From the NCBI GenBank assembly GCA_947498065.1, contig CANMIS010000003.1:336739-400738 (forward strand): a DNA stretch of 64,000 bases, in the 5' to 3' direction. This document shows positions 49,214 through 58,206 of this stretch, piece after piece. The notes below the pieces were generated by a model. That model searched no databases, was not told where the DNA came from, and was given only the letters and a program-made list of their open reading frames with translations. The translations under genes were made by a program, and so were the position numbers. Position 1 is the first letter of the stretch, and the number at the start of each line of letters is the position of its first letter. Source of the stretch: an uncultured Erythrobacter sp. Its GTDB lineage: Bacteria > Pseudomonadota > Alphaproteobacteria > Sphingomonadales > Sphingomonadaceae.

Positions 49214-50419
49214 ATGAATTTTGGAATTGATCGCCTGTTGGCAGACAAGCAATTGCTCAGCGCTCTGGAGGGCAAACGCGTCGCATTGGTCGCGCACCCG
49301 GCCAGTGTCACCGCTGACCTCACCCATTCGCTCGATGCGCTGATTGCCGCCGGGGTGAATGTCACCAGCGCGTTCGGCCCGCAGCATGGGCTGAAAGGCG
49401 ATAAGCAGGACAATATGGTGGAGACGGCGGACGAGACCGATCCACAATACGGCATTCCGGTGTTTTCGCTCTATGGCGAGGTGCGCCGTCCGACACCTGA
49501 CATGATGGCGAGCGCCGATGTCTTTTTGTTTGACCTTCAAGACCTTGGTTGCCGCATCTACACCTTCGTGACCACGTTGCTCTACCTACTGGAAGAAGCG
49601 GGTAAGGGCGGCAAAGAGGTCTGGGTGCTGGATCGCCCCAATCCCGCCGGCCGGCCTGTTGAAGGCACCCTGCTTGTGCCGGGCCACGAAAGCTTCGTCG
49701 GAGCCGCGCCCATGCCCATGCGCCACGGCTTGACCCTGGGTGAGATGGGGCACTGGTTCATTGCGCACTTTGGCCTTGATGTGGATTACCGCGTGGTTGC
49801 GATGGAGGGCTGGGAGCCGAACGGAGAGGGGCATGGCTGGCCTGCGTCGCGGATCTGGATCAATCCTTCACCCAATGCCGCCAATGTGAACATGGCGCGC
49901 GCTTATGCGGGCACGGTAATGATCGAAGGCGCCACTGTGTCAGAGGGCCGCGGGACCACTCGGCCACTGGAAGTCTTGTTCGGTGCGCCAGACATTGATG
50001 CAAAGGCGGTGCTGGCAGAAATGCACGGCCTCCAGCCTGATTGGCTCCAGGGCTGCGCTCTGCGGGATTGTTGGTTCGAGCCGACTTTCCACAAACATAC
50101 AGGAAAGCTGTGTAATGCTTTGATGATCCATGCAGAAGGTCCGCACTACGATTATGATATGTTTAAGCCGTGGCGTCTTCAAGCGCTAGCTTTCAAGGCG
50201 ATCCGCAGCCTTTATCCCGACTATGAATTGTGGCGCGGGACAGACTTTAAATATGAATACACCAATGATGTGCTGGCCATCGATGTGATCAATGGCGGGC
50301 CGTCGCTGCGCGAATGGGTCGACGATTCAGCCGCGCGGCCAAGCGATCTCGACGCGCTGGCGTCAAACGACGAGGCAGCATGGGTGCAGACCGTCAGGGA
50401 GCATTTGCTTTACCAATGA
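49214..50419 (+). CDS. DUF1343 family protein (exo-beta-N-acetylmuramidase NamZ-like)
   Basis: MNFGIDRLLADKQLLSALEGKRVALVAHPASV N-terminus is typical of DUF1343/YbbC. ATG 49214 is preferred to the track start 49163. Confidence 0.8.
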   Translation: MNFGIDRLLADKQLLSALEGKRVALVAHPASVTADLTHSLDALIAAGVNVTSAFGPQHGLKGDKQDNMVETADETDPQYGIPVFSLYGEVRRPTPDMMASADVFLFDLQDLGCRIYTFVTTLLYLLEEAGKGGKEVWVLDRPNPAGRPVEGTLLVPGHESFVGAAPMPMRHGLTLGEMGHWFIAHFGLDVDYRVVAMEGWEPNGEGHGWPASRIWINPSPNAANVNMARAYAGTVMIEGATVSEGRGTTRPLEVLFGAPDIDAKAVLAEMHGLQPDWLQGCALRDCWFEPTFHKHTGKLCNALMIHAEGPHYDYDMFKPWRLQALAFKAIRSLYPDYELWRGTDFKYEYTNDVLAIDVINGGPSLREWVDDSAARPSDLDALASNDEAAWVQTVREHLLYQ

Positions 50420-51432
50420 GTGAGCATCCTTCGCCAAGCCCCACAATTTCTGAAGCCGCCGCAGACGCACAGCTGGCGACCAATCGGCAGAATCCCGATG
50501 CGCTGGCATGTAAGGCTGATCACAGATTACTGGCGGAAGATCACCGTGCCGCCTCCGCCTATTATCGCGCGGCTCAGCAAGCCTTGAACCAGGCTGGACG
50601 AGGCTCAGGCTGGCTAGCCGTGCAGATCGCGACGACCATAGAATGGCTCCATCAACGCTACATGGACCACATTGTTACAAGTCTGGCCGAGGCGGGGTTT
50701 GAGCAATCAGATTGGCACCCACGGTTTGCGAAGTCGCTCGCGATGATGTTCGGAAAGGCCGAGCGGCCTCCCGAGACCAGAGCATACCCGCAAATTCCGA
50801 TGTCATTTTTCTATGCCGATATGAGCTATTGCGAGTTTGTCCTCCAAGAGCAGTTTGAATGGGCGGAGGCCTTGGAGGCTCAGACCGACGCTATTAAGCA
50901 CGAAGCCGAAGTGATATTGCAGAACAATCAGGCATTTGACGCTTATGTGCAATCGGCCAAAGATCGACCACAGGGCGATGTTCACGGAATGCTTGGGAAC
51001 GCAGGTTGGTCAAGCTTTGAACTTGCGAGCAAAGGCGTATTTGACCCGAAGAAAACTGCTTTGTGCCCGGTAACTCATGCGGCGCTTAAGGAGCTTCCGC
51101 TGTGTCAAATTGCCAATCGCGCGCCAACGCCGATGTTTTCGTTGCTTCGAGCAGGCGAAACGATCCCGCCGCACACTGGCATGATCAACGTCCGTTATGT
51201 TTGTCACTTGCCTTTGATAGTTCCTGGCAATGGAGCATTGCGGGTTGGTTCAACCTCACAAGAGTGGCGCGAAGGCCAGCTGATGATGTTCGACGATAGC
51301 GTAGAACACGAAGCTTACAATCGCGCCGATACTGATAGACTAGTGCTAATCTTCGACGTGTGGCGCCCAGAGCTTGAATTGGTGGAGCGTGAGCAACTCA
51401 ACGCAATGTTTGAGGCGGTTGATTCGTACTAA
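50416..51432 (+). CDS. Aspartyl/asparaginyl beta-hydroxylase family 2OG-Fe(II) oxygenase with N-terminal helical (TPR-like) region
   Basis: PPHTGMINVRYVCHLPLIVPGNGALRVGSTSQEWREGQLMMFDDSVEHEAYN...LIFDVWRPEL. The ATG overlaps the upstream stop (ATGA). Confidence 0.85.
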   Translation: MSEHPSPSPTISEAAADAQLATNRQNPDALACKADHRLLAEDHRAASAYYRAAQQALNQAGRGSGWLAVQIATTIEWLHQRYMDHIVTSLAEAGFEQSDWHPRFAKSLAMMFGKAERPPETRAYPQIPMSFFYADMSYCEFVLQEQFEWAEALEAQTDAIKHEAEVILQNNQAFDAYVQSAKDRPQGDVHGMLGNAGWSSFELASKGVFDPKKTALCPVTHAALKELPLCQIANRAPTPMFSLLRAGETIPPHTGMINVRYVCHLPLIVPGNGALRVGSTSQEWREGQLMMFDDSVEHEAYNRADTDRLVLIFDVWRPELELVEREQLNAMFEAVDSY

Positions 51433-51445
51433 GCAAGACTGCCGC

Positions 51446-52630
51446 TCAATGCCCCTGCTTGCGGCTTAGCTCCCGCGTTGCATCGTCCAGACCGTCCAAT
51501 GTCAGCGGGTACATCCGGTCATTGACCAACTGCTTGAGCATCTTGGTTGATTGTGAATAGCTCCATTGCTTTTCGGGGACGGGGTTCAGCCATACGGTCG
51601 CTGGATAGGTGTTGGTCACCCGGTTCATCCAGATCGCGCCGGCTTCTTCATTCATGTGCTCGACGCTGCCGCCCGCATGGGTGATTTCATAGGGGCTCAT
51701 TGCCGCATCACCAACAAAGATCACTTTGTAATCATGGCCGAATTTGTGCAGCACATCCCAGGTTTTGGTGCGCTCCTGCCAGCGCCGCGAATTGTCTTTC
51801 CACACGCCTTCATAGAGGCAGTTGTGAAAGTAGAAGAATTCGAGGTTTTTGAACTCTGAGGAGGCTGCGCTGAACAGCTCCTCGCAAAGCTTGATGAAGG
51901 GATCCATCGACCCGCCAACATCAAGGAACAGCAGCAATTTCACTGCATTGTGCCGTTCGGGGCGCATGTGAATGTCGAGCCAGCCCTGCTTTGCAGTTCC
52001 ATCGATGGTCGCATCCAGATCGAGCTCATCAGCGACGCCTTCGCGGGCAAAGCGGCGCAGGCGGCGCAGCGCCATCTTGATGTTGCGTGTGCCTAGCTCT
52101 TTGGTGTTGTCGAGGTTTTGAAACTCGCGCTTTTCCCAGACCTTGACCGCGCGCTTGTGCTTGCCTTCGCCTCCGATCCGCACGCCTTCGGGGTTGTAGC
52201 CGGAATTGCCAAATGGCGACGTGCCGCCAGTGCCGATGAATTTGTTTCCGCCCTGATGGCGCTTTTCCTGTTCCTCAAGGCGCTTTTTCAGCGTGTCCAT
52301 GATCTCGTCCCAATCGCCTAGGGATTTGATCTTTTCCATTTCCTCTTCGCTGAGAAACTTCTCGGCCACAGCTTTCAACCAGTCTTCGGGAATATCGACC
52401 GGGTTTTGGCCGTAATCGGACAGAATGCCTTTGAAGACCTTGTTGAACACCTGATCAAAGCGATCGATCAGCCCCTCGTCCTTCACGAAGGTCGCCCGGC
52501 TAAGGTAGTAGAATGCCTCAGGCGTCTGCTCGATCACATCTTTGTCGAGCGCCTCCAGCAGAGTGAGGTGCTCTTTGAAACTGGCCGAAATCCCGGCTTC
52601 ACGAAGTTCGTCGACGAAATTGAAAAACAT
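51446..52630 (-). CDS. VWA domain-containing protein (partner of MoxR-type ATPase)
   Basis: VWA core LLLFLDVGGSMDP (MIDAS DxGxS-type), 394 aa, with the conserved N-terminus MFFNFVDELREAGI. Confidence 0.85.
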   Translation of the reverse strand: MFFNFVDELREAGISASFKEHLTLLEALDKDVIEQTPEAFYYLSRATFVKDEGLIDRFDQVFNKVFKGILSDYGQNPVDIPEDWLKAVAEKFLSEEEMEKIKSLGDWDEIMDTLKKRLEEQEKRHQGGNKFIGTGGTSPFGNSGYNPEGVRIGGEGKHKRAVKVWEKREFQNLDNTKELGTRNIKMALRRLRRFAREGVADELDLDATIDGTAKQGWLDIHMRPERHNAVKLLLFLDVGGSMDPFIKLCEELFSAASSEFKNLEFFYFHNCLYEGVWKDNSRRWQERTKTWDVLHKFGHDYKVIFVGDAAMSPYEITHAGGSVEHMNEEAGAIWMNRVTNTYPATVWLNPVPEKQWSYSQSTKMLKQLVNDRMYPLTLDGLDDATRELSRKQGH

Positions 52631-52791
52631 GGGCGAAGCTCTAACTGCAGTGGTGCGCTAGCGCTAGTCCTGAATGCAGGATCATGAGCGCGGCCGCCGG
52701 CAAATTGAGCCACTTTCTACGCCTCCTTAAGTCTTCGCTAACCATCACTGGTTACGGGTGTTCGGGACAAAAGATCGGGGACCCGGCGGCT

Positions 52792-54189
52792 ATGAAGCCT
52801 ATTGAAATTGATAAGACAAATGCAGCGTCGCTCAACGCCATTCCAGAGAGCTGCGCGGCGGTTACCGTTGGCTGCACCGACGTTGCGGGTGTTGTAGCGG
52901 AAGTAATCCGTTCGTCTGAGACCTTGCGTGAAGAGCACGAGGCCCTGCGCGGCACTGTGAGCGCGCTGGAGGCTGACCAAGCGAAAGTATCAGAAGCGAG
53001 TGACGAAGCCCGCCTGCTTTCAGAGCGCGCGATTGAGCGATTGGGCGAGGGCACTTCGCTGATCCGTTCCTCGCTGGGACAGATCAATGCGGTACTTGAA
53101 CTGGTCGACACCCTTGGCCAGCACGTGACGGGTTTTGCGGCGGCGATGGATCAAGTGAGGCGCAGCGCGCAAGACATTGATCAAATTGCTGAAACCACTA
53201 ACATTCTGGCATTGAACGCTACGATTGAAGCAATGCGAGCCGGCGAGGCTGGCCGCACATTTGCGGTTGTGGCGGGCGAGGTTAAAAGCCTCGCCAACGA
53301 CACACGCAAAGCCACCGAAGAAATCTCAAAAACTATCGATACGCTGGGCGCGGAGGCCAGCGTGGTTATCGGTCAGATCGAAGAGGGCTCGCTGGCCAGT
53401 GATGATGCGAAAGCCTCTGTCTCACGTATTGAAACGACGATAAGCAGCGTTGGCGAATTGGTCGAAGAAGTCGATAAGCAGAACGATGTTATTGCGCGTT
53501 CGACCGGGACCATCAGCGGTCACGTCTCATCGGTTCAGGACGTGCTTGAGCGCTATGATCTTGCCGCGCGCGGCAATGAGAAACAGCTGGAAGGCGCGCA
53601 TGAGCGCATGGGCGAATTGGAGCTCACGGCGAGCGAAATGTTCGACCGGATCGTGCAATCTGGACTGAGCCCAGTCGACAGCTCAATGGTTGAAAAGGCA
53701 CAGGGTGTCGCCAAGAGGATTCTTGGATTGACTGAGCAGGCAATCGAATCTGGTGAGCTGACTATGGATCAGCTTTTTGACCAGAATTACAAAGAAGTAC
53801 CGGGCACCGACCCGCAATTGTTCCGCACCGCCTTTAGCGATTGGGCCGATGCGAATTGGCGTCCAATCAACGACACGCTCTATGATGAGCCTGGGGCGGT
53901 GATCATGTGTTCTCAGGCGGATATGAACGGGTTCCTGCCAACCCATATTACCGCATGGTCACGCAAGCCGACCGGCGAACTTGCACACGATACCAAATAT
54001 TGCCGCAATGGTCGCAAGATCATGGAGGCGATCGACCACAAAGCGAAAGCCAGCAACGCGCCCTACATGATGGCGATTTACCGCCAAGAGGGCGACGGAC
54101 AGACATATCGTATTGTGCGCAACGTCTACATTCCGCTGGTGATCAATGGCCGCCGTTGGGGCGATTTTGAAATGGCGTACGAACTGTAA
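52792..54189 (+). CDS. Soluble methyl-accepting chemotaxis protein-like signalling protein with a C-terminal sensor-like domain
   Basis: MCP highly conserved domain [35 protein letters not shown]. No TM segment. A C-terminal domain of about 170 aa contains [17 protein letters not shown] and [19 protein letters not shown] 52792 is preferred to 52684. Confidence 0.8.
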   Translation: MKPIEIDKTNAASLNAIPESCAAVTVGCTDVAGVVAEVIRSSETLREEHEALRGTVSALEADQAKVSEASDEARLLSERAIERLGEGTSLIRSSLGQINAVLELVDTLGQHVTGFAAAMDQVRRSAQDIDQIAETTNILALNATIEAMRAGEAGRTFAVVAGEVKSLANDTRKATEEISKTIDTLGAEASVVIGQIEEGSLASDDAKASVSRIETTISSVGELVEEVDKQNDVIARSTGTISGHVSSVQDVLERYDLAARGNEKQLEGAHERMGELELTASEMFDRIVQSGLSPVDSSMVEKAQGVAKRILGLTEQAIESGELTMDQLFDQNYKEVPGTDPQLFRTAFSDWADANWRPINDTLYDEPGAVIMCSQADMNGFLPTHITAWSRKPTGELAHDTKYCRNGRKIMEAIDHKAKASNAPYMMAIYRQEGDGQTYRIVRNVYIPLVINGRRWGDFEMAYEL

Positions 54190-54210
54190 GGCTCGATCCG
54201 CACAGCCTCA

Positions 54211-55074
54211 TTAGGTCGGGTTGCGCCGAGCCATAAAGGCCAGCCGTTCAAACATCATCACGTCTTGCTCGTTCTTGAGCAGAGCGCCGTGCAGCGGCGG
54301 AATGGCGCTGTTCGGATTGGCATCCTGCAGCGTTTCTAGCGGCATATCTTCATTCATCAGCAGTTTCAGCCAATCAAGCAGCTCGCTGGTCGATGGCTTT
54401 TTCTTCAGGCCGGGAACTTCGCGCAGCTCGTAAAAGATGTCCATCGCCTTTTTGACCAGCGTCTTTTGGATGCCGGGATAATGCACGTCGATGATCGACT
54501 GCATCGTGTCGCGGTCTGGAAACTTGATGTAGTGGAAGAAACAGCGGCGCAGGAATGCGTCTGGCAATTCCTTCTCATTGTTCGAGGTGATGACCACAAT
54601 CGGGCGCTCTTTGGCGGCCACGCGCTCTTGCGTTTCATAGACATCAAAGCTCATCCGATCGAGCTCTTGCAAGAGATCGTTCGGAAATTCGATGTCGGCC
54701 TTATCAATCTCGTCGATCAGCAACACGGGAAGCTGCTCAGAGGTGAAGGCTTCCCACAGCTTGCCCTTCTTGATGTAATTGCGGATGTCGTGGACGCGTT
54801 CCTCGCCCAGCTGACCATCGCGCAGACGCGCAACCGCATCATATTCGTAAAGACCTTGCTGCGCCTTTGTGGTCGATTTCACGTTCCACTCGATCAACGG
54901 CGCGCCAATGGCTTTTGCGATTTCGTGCGCCAGCACTGTTTTGCCGGTGCCAGGTTCACCCTTGACCAACAGCGGGCGGCGCAGCGTCACCGCAGCATCC
55001 ACCGCGACTTTCAGATCATCGGTGGCGATGTAATCATTGGTGCCTTCAAAGCGCTGCTGCGTCGTGTCGGTCAT
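54211..55074 (-). CDS. MoxR-family AAA+ ATPase
   Basis: Walker A LLVKGEPGTGKT and Walker B VLLIDEIDKA. AGGA RBS lies 7 nt upstream of ATG 55074. Confidence 0.9.
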   Translation of the reverse strand: MTDTTQQRFEGTNDYIATDDLKVAVDAAVTLRRPLLVKGEPGTGKTVLAHEIAKAIGAPLIEWNVKSTTKAQQGLYEYDAVARLRDGQLGEERVHDIRNYIKKGKLWEAFTSEQLPVLLIDEIDKADIEFPNDLLQELDRMSFDVYETQERVAAKERPIVVITSNNEKELPDAFLRRCFFHYIKFPDRDTMQSIIDVHYPGIQKTLVKKAMDIFYELREVPGLKKKPSTSELLDWLKLLMNEDMPLETLQDANPNSAIPPLHGALLKNEQDVMMFERLAFMARRNPT

Positions 55075-55201
55075 GGGTTTTCCTGTAAATCTCAAATGGC
55101 AACTGAACTTGACGCGAGCGTTAAGGTCGATCCGCTCGGGTGGCAAGGGTGACGCTACGTAAGCTAGCGCTCAAATCGGAGGGCTGTTCTCGGCGAGGGC
55201 T

Positions 55202-56506
55202 CTAGCGGGGTAGGGCGAGGATGCGCTGCGCGATCAGCTCCAATGCTGTGTTATCGAGCGCAGCGTCTGGATTGTTCCAGCTGAGCACGAGAATATGCTG
55301 GTTGCCTGACTGATCGGTGAGCAGCCATGTGAGGTTGAGGACGCCAGGCTCTGATCCGCCTTTATAGCCGATATAGGCCCAGTCGGCGCGCACGCTGGAC
55401 TGAACTGAGGGGTTGATGCCCATGATCGCAAACGCATTGTCGTCGGCGACTTCATTCATGTGCAGGAACAGTTTTCGCAGATCATTTGCGCTCGCGAACC
55501 ACTCGACATCGAGCGCGACAGGACCACCCGCGAAAGCCGAGTTCACGTCATTGGCGCTGACAGACGCGCTATCGAGCTCGCTCAGCATCTGTAATTTGCG
55601 CTGTGCGTCCGTTTCCGTGCGGTACGCCTCCAGGACTGCTGGCGCGCCGCCTTTCAAGGTGAAGAGCTCCCTTGTGGTCAAAAACGGATTGGCTTTGCTC
55701 AGATCGCTGTGACCGCTTTCTGCGACCAGCTTAGCAATGCGTTCTCGCCCGAGCGCGTTGATCAACTCGTCAGTCGCGGTGTTATCGCTGATCGAGATCA
55801 TCATGCTGGCTAGAGTTTGTAAGGTCACCGGAGCGCCTTGCGGCCAGTCTTGCATCATGCCGCTGGGTAAACTCCTTTGACTAAGGGGGATTACCTCATT
55901 CCAACTGCGCTTTCCCGCCGCGACGTCCTCTGCGAGAGCTGCCAAGACGTATAGTTTGAACGTCGAGCCAATGGCGAATTGTCGTTCTGGATTGATTGAT
56001 AGGACAGGGGCATCGCCGCTGATAGGGCCATAATAAACGCCAACTTCGCCTGGTAGTGCAGCGAGATCGGCTTCGATCTTCGCGAGACTGTCATCGATTG
56101 CATCAAATTGGCGCAGCAGCAGGCCTTCGATTTTGTGCGGCTCTGTTGCACTCAGCGCCAGCGTACCTTGTCCAATCGCCTTTTCAAATCGGATCGCGAT
56201 GTTTGCGGTGAACTCACCAGTTGGCTCAATGTTCTCAACCCCGATGGCCGCGCCAAATTGCGATGTCAGCTGCTGTGTCACTGCATTGAACTGCGCTGGA
56301 GGCACTGAGGCAAGGAATTGCGGCCCGAACACGTCCTCTGGCGCTTTCTCCTCTTTCAAAAGGGCAACGACGTCCTGCGCACGCGTCTTCAGCGGCTCTG
56401 AGACTGCCGTCTCTCTGGCGGGGGCATCCTGCGCCATTATGGAGCTAGGGACGAGCAAGAGCGAGAGGGCGAGCGCGAGTTTTCTAAGCATTGGAGCATA
56501 GTGCAT
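55202..56506 (-). CDS. Secreted serine hydrolase, class A beta-lactamase-like, with an extra N-terminal domain of about 170 aa
   Basis: Signal peptide LALALSLLLVPSSIMAQ. SxxK = STFK, SDN = SISDNTA, and KTG-like YKGGSEPG. Confidence 0.75.
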   Translation of the reverse strand: MHYAPMLRKLALALSLLLVPSSIMAQDAPARETAVSEPLKTRAQDVVALLKEEKAPEDVFGPQFLASVPPAQFNAVTQQLTSQFGAAIGVENIEPTGEFTANIAIRFEKAIGQGTLALSATEPHKIEGLLLRQFDAIDDSLAKIEADLAALPGEVGVYYGPISGDAPVLSINPERQFAIGSTFKLYVLAALAEDVAAGKRSWNEVIPLSQRSLPSGMMQDWPQGAPVTLQTLASMMISISDNTATDELINALGRERIAKLVAESGHSDLSKANPFLTTRELFTLKGGAPAVLEAYRTETDAQRKLQMLSELDSASVSANDVNSAFAGGPVALDVEWFASANDLRKLFLHMNEVADDNAFAIMGINPSVQSSVRADWAYIGYKGGSEPGVLNLTWLLTDQSGNQHILVLSWNNPDAALDNTALELIAQRILALPR

Positions 56507-56590
56507 CGCGCGGAGGCCTCCTGCAAGGCGTAACCAAATGGCGCAGGCGCGCTAATAGCTCTACAAGCATCACCCATAGGAGGGCCCGCA

Positions 56591-57811
56591 ATGCCGACAG
56601 AGACTTTTTCGATCACGACAACCGCCGGACATAGCCTGGATGGGGCGCTTGAAATGCCCACGGGTCTGGTCAGAGGCGCTGCGGTCTTTGCGCATTGCTT
56701 CACCTGCACCAAGCAGAGCCGTGCCGCGATCAGTGTCGCCCGCGCTCTGGCGGCCCAGGGCATCGCGACGCTGCGGTTCGATTTCACCGGGCTTGGCGGA
56801 AGCGAAGGCGAGTTTGGCCGCGCCGGGTTTGCGACGGACATTGCCGATCTGGTCTCGGTCGCTGGCGCTCTGCGGTCGCGCTTTGACGCACCTCTGCTGA
56901 TGATCGGGCATAGCCTTGGCGGAGCAGCGGTGCTGGCTGCAGCGCACGAGCTGGGCGCTGAGAATGTCGCGGCTGTCGCCACCATCGGCGCGCCTTCGGA
57001 CGTTCCACATGTGCTGCACATCATCAAAGGCGATCATGATGCAATCCGCGCTGAAGGCGAGGGGCCGGTGACAATTGGCGGACAGAGCTTTTCGGTCAGC
57101 CGGGAGTTTCTTGAGCGAACGGAATCGGTCAAATTGCTCGATCTGGTGAAGGAGCTGAGGCTGCCCTACCTCGCGCTGCATTCGCCAACCGATACAATCG
57201 TTGGCGTAGAGCACGCGGCGGCTCTCTTTCAGGCCGCTTTTCACCCGAAGAGCTTCATCAGTCTGGACGATGCTGATCACCTTTTGACCAAAGCAGAGGA
57301 CGCCGAATATGCCGCTGTAGCGATCGCTTCATGGGCAAAAAGATACCTCAAGAGCTGCGGAGAGACTCAGCTGTCTAAGGCTGGTGTCTTAGTGAAATCT
57401 GGCCATGGCAAGTTCGGAACCGAGGTGTTCACCACCAGTCACCGTTTCGTGGCCGATGAACCGCGCAGCTATGGCGGTGATGACACTGGCCCGACGCCAT
57501 ATGATTTGCTCAACGCCGCGCTGGGCACTTGCACCGTCATGACCATGAAGATGTACGCAGACCGCAAAGGCTGGCCGGTTGAAGGTTACCAGGTGCATGT
57601 GACCCACGAGCGGGATCATGCGAGCGATTGCGATCATTGCGAGGAGGAGGGCGAGAGCGCTCAAATTCAGGCGCTCAATCGCTCGATCACGGTTTTGGGC
57701 GATGACCTGACCGATGATCAGCGCGCGCGGATTATCGCGATTGCGGACAAATGCCCGGTGCACCGCACGTTAGAAGGTCATCTGCATATTCACACTGAAA
57801 CAGCGGACTAG
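56591..57811 (+). CDS. Bifunctional alpha/beta hydrolase / OsmC-family fusion protein
   Basis: Nucleophile elbow GHSLGG in the N-terminal half. OsmC-like C-terminal half with GTCTVMT and CPVHRTL. AGGAGG RBS present. Confidence 0.85.
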   Translation: MPTETFSITTTAGHSLDGALEMPTGLVRGAAVFAHCFTCTKQSRAAISVARALAAQGIATLRFDFTGLGGSEGEFGRAGFATDIADLVSVAGALRSRFDAPLLMIGHSLGGAAVLAAAHELGAENVAAVATIGAPSDVPHVLHIIKGDHDAIRAEGEGPVTIGGQSFSVSREFLERTESVKLLDLVKELRLPYLALHSPTDTIVGVEHAAALFQAAFHPKSFISLDDADHLLTKAEDAEYAAVAIASWAKRYLKSCGETQLSKAGVLVKSGHGKFGTEVFTTSHRFVADEPRSYGGDDTGPTPYDLLNAALGTCTVMTMKMYADRKGWPVEGYQVHVTHERDHASDCDHCEEEGESAQIQALNRSITVLGDDLTDDQRARIIAIADKCPVHRTLEGHLHIHTETAD

Positions 57812-58206
57812 AGGCGGGCAGAGGCCGTCAGCGCGACCAGCGCAAACTGCACGGTGAGCAGTGTAATTGTGGCGGTTTTCCACCCGGTTGCGGCGTCTTT
57901 CATCCCCCGATCCCATGTCCATGCGCCAATCGCCCCGGTCGCAATGGCAGCACCCGCAATAGTGAAATATCCGCTCTTGCTGATCAGCAGCATGAAGATT
58001 GCGAACATGACGATCGATTGCAGCAGAAACGCGGCCGCAAACCAGGCGATGGGAATAGGCCGGTAAGCCGCATCAGGAATGTGCCAATCGGGTAGAGCGC
58101 TGTCCGGGCGCGAAATCCGACGGTCGCCCGCCATGATGTCTTCCTCACGCGGGTTGGGGTATTTTCGCGGCGCTTTGTCAGGCTGGTCCTGATCGTCAGG
58201 CATCAA
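57808..58206 (-). CDS. Small membrane protein of unknown function (3 TM)
   Basis: Overlaps the parE stop by 11 nt on the same strand. Hydrophobic segments IAWFAAAFLLQSIVMFAIFMLLI, FTIAGAAIATGAIGAW and ATITLLTVQFALVAL. Confidence 0.55.
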   Translation of the reverse strand: MMPDDQDQPDKAPRKYPNPREEDIMAGDRRISRPDSALPDWHIPDAAYRPIPIAWFAAAFLLQSIVMFAIFMLLISKSGYFTIAGAAIATGAIGAWTWDRGMKDAATGWKTATITLLTVQFALVALTASARL

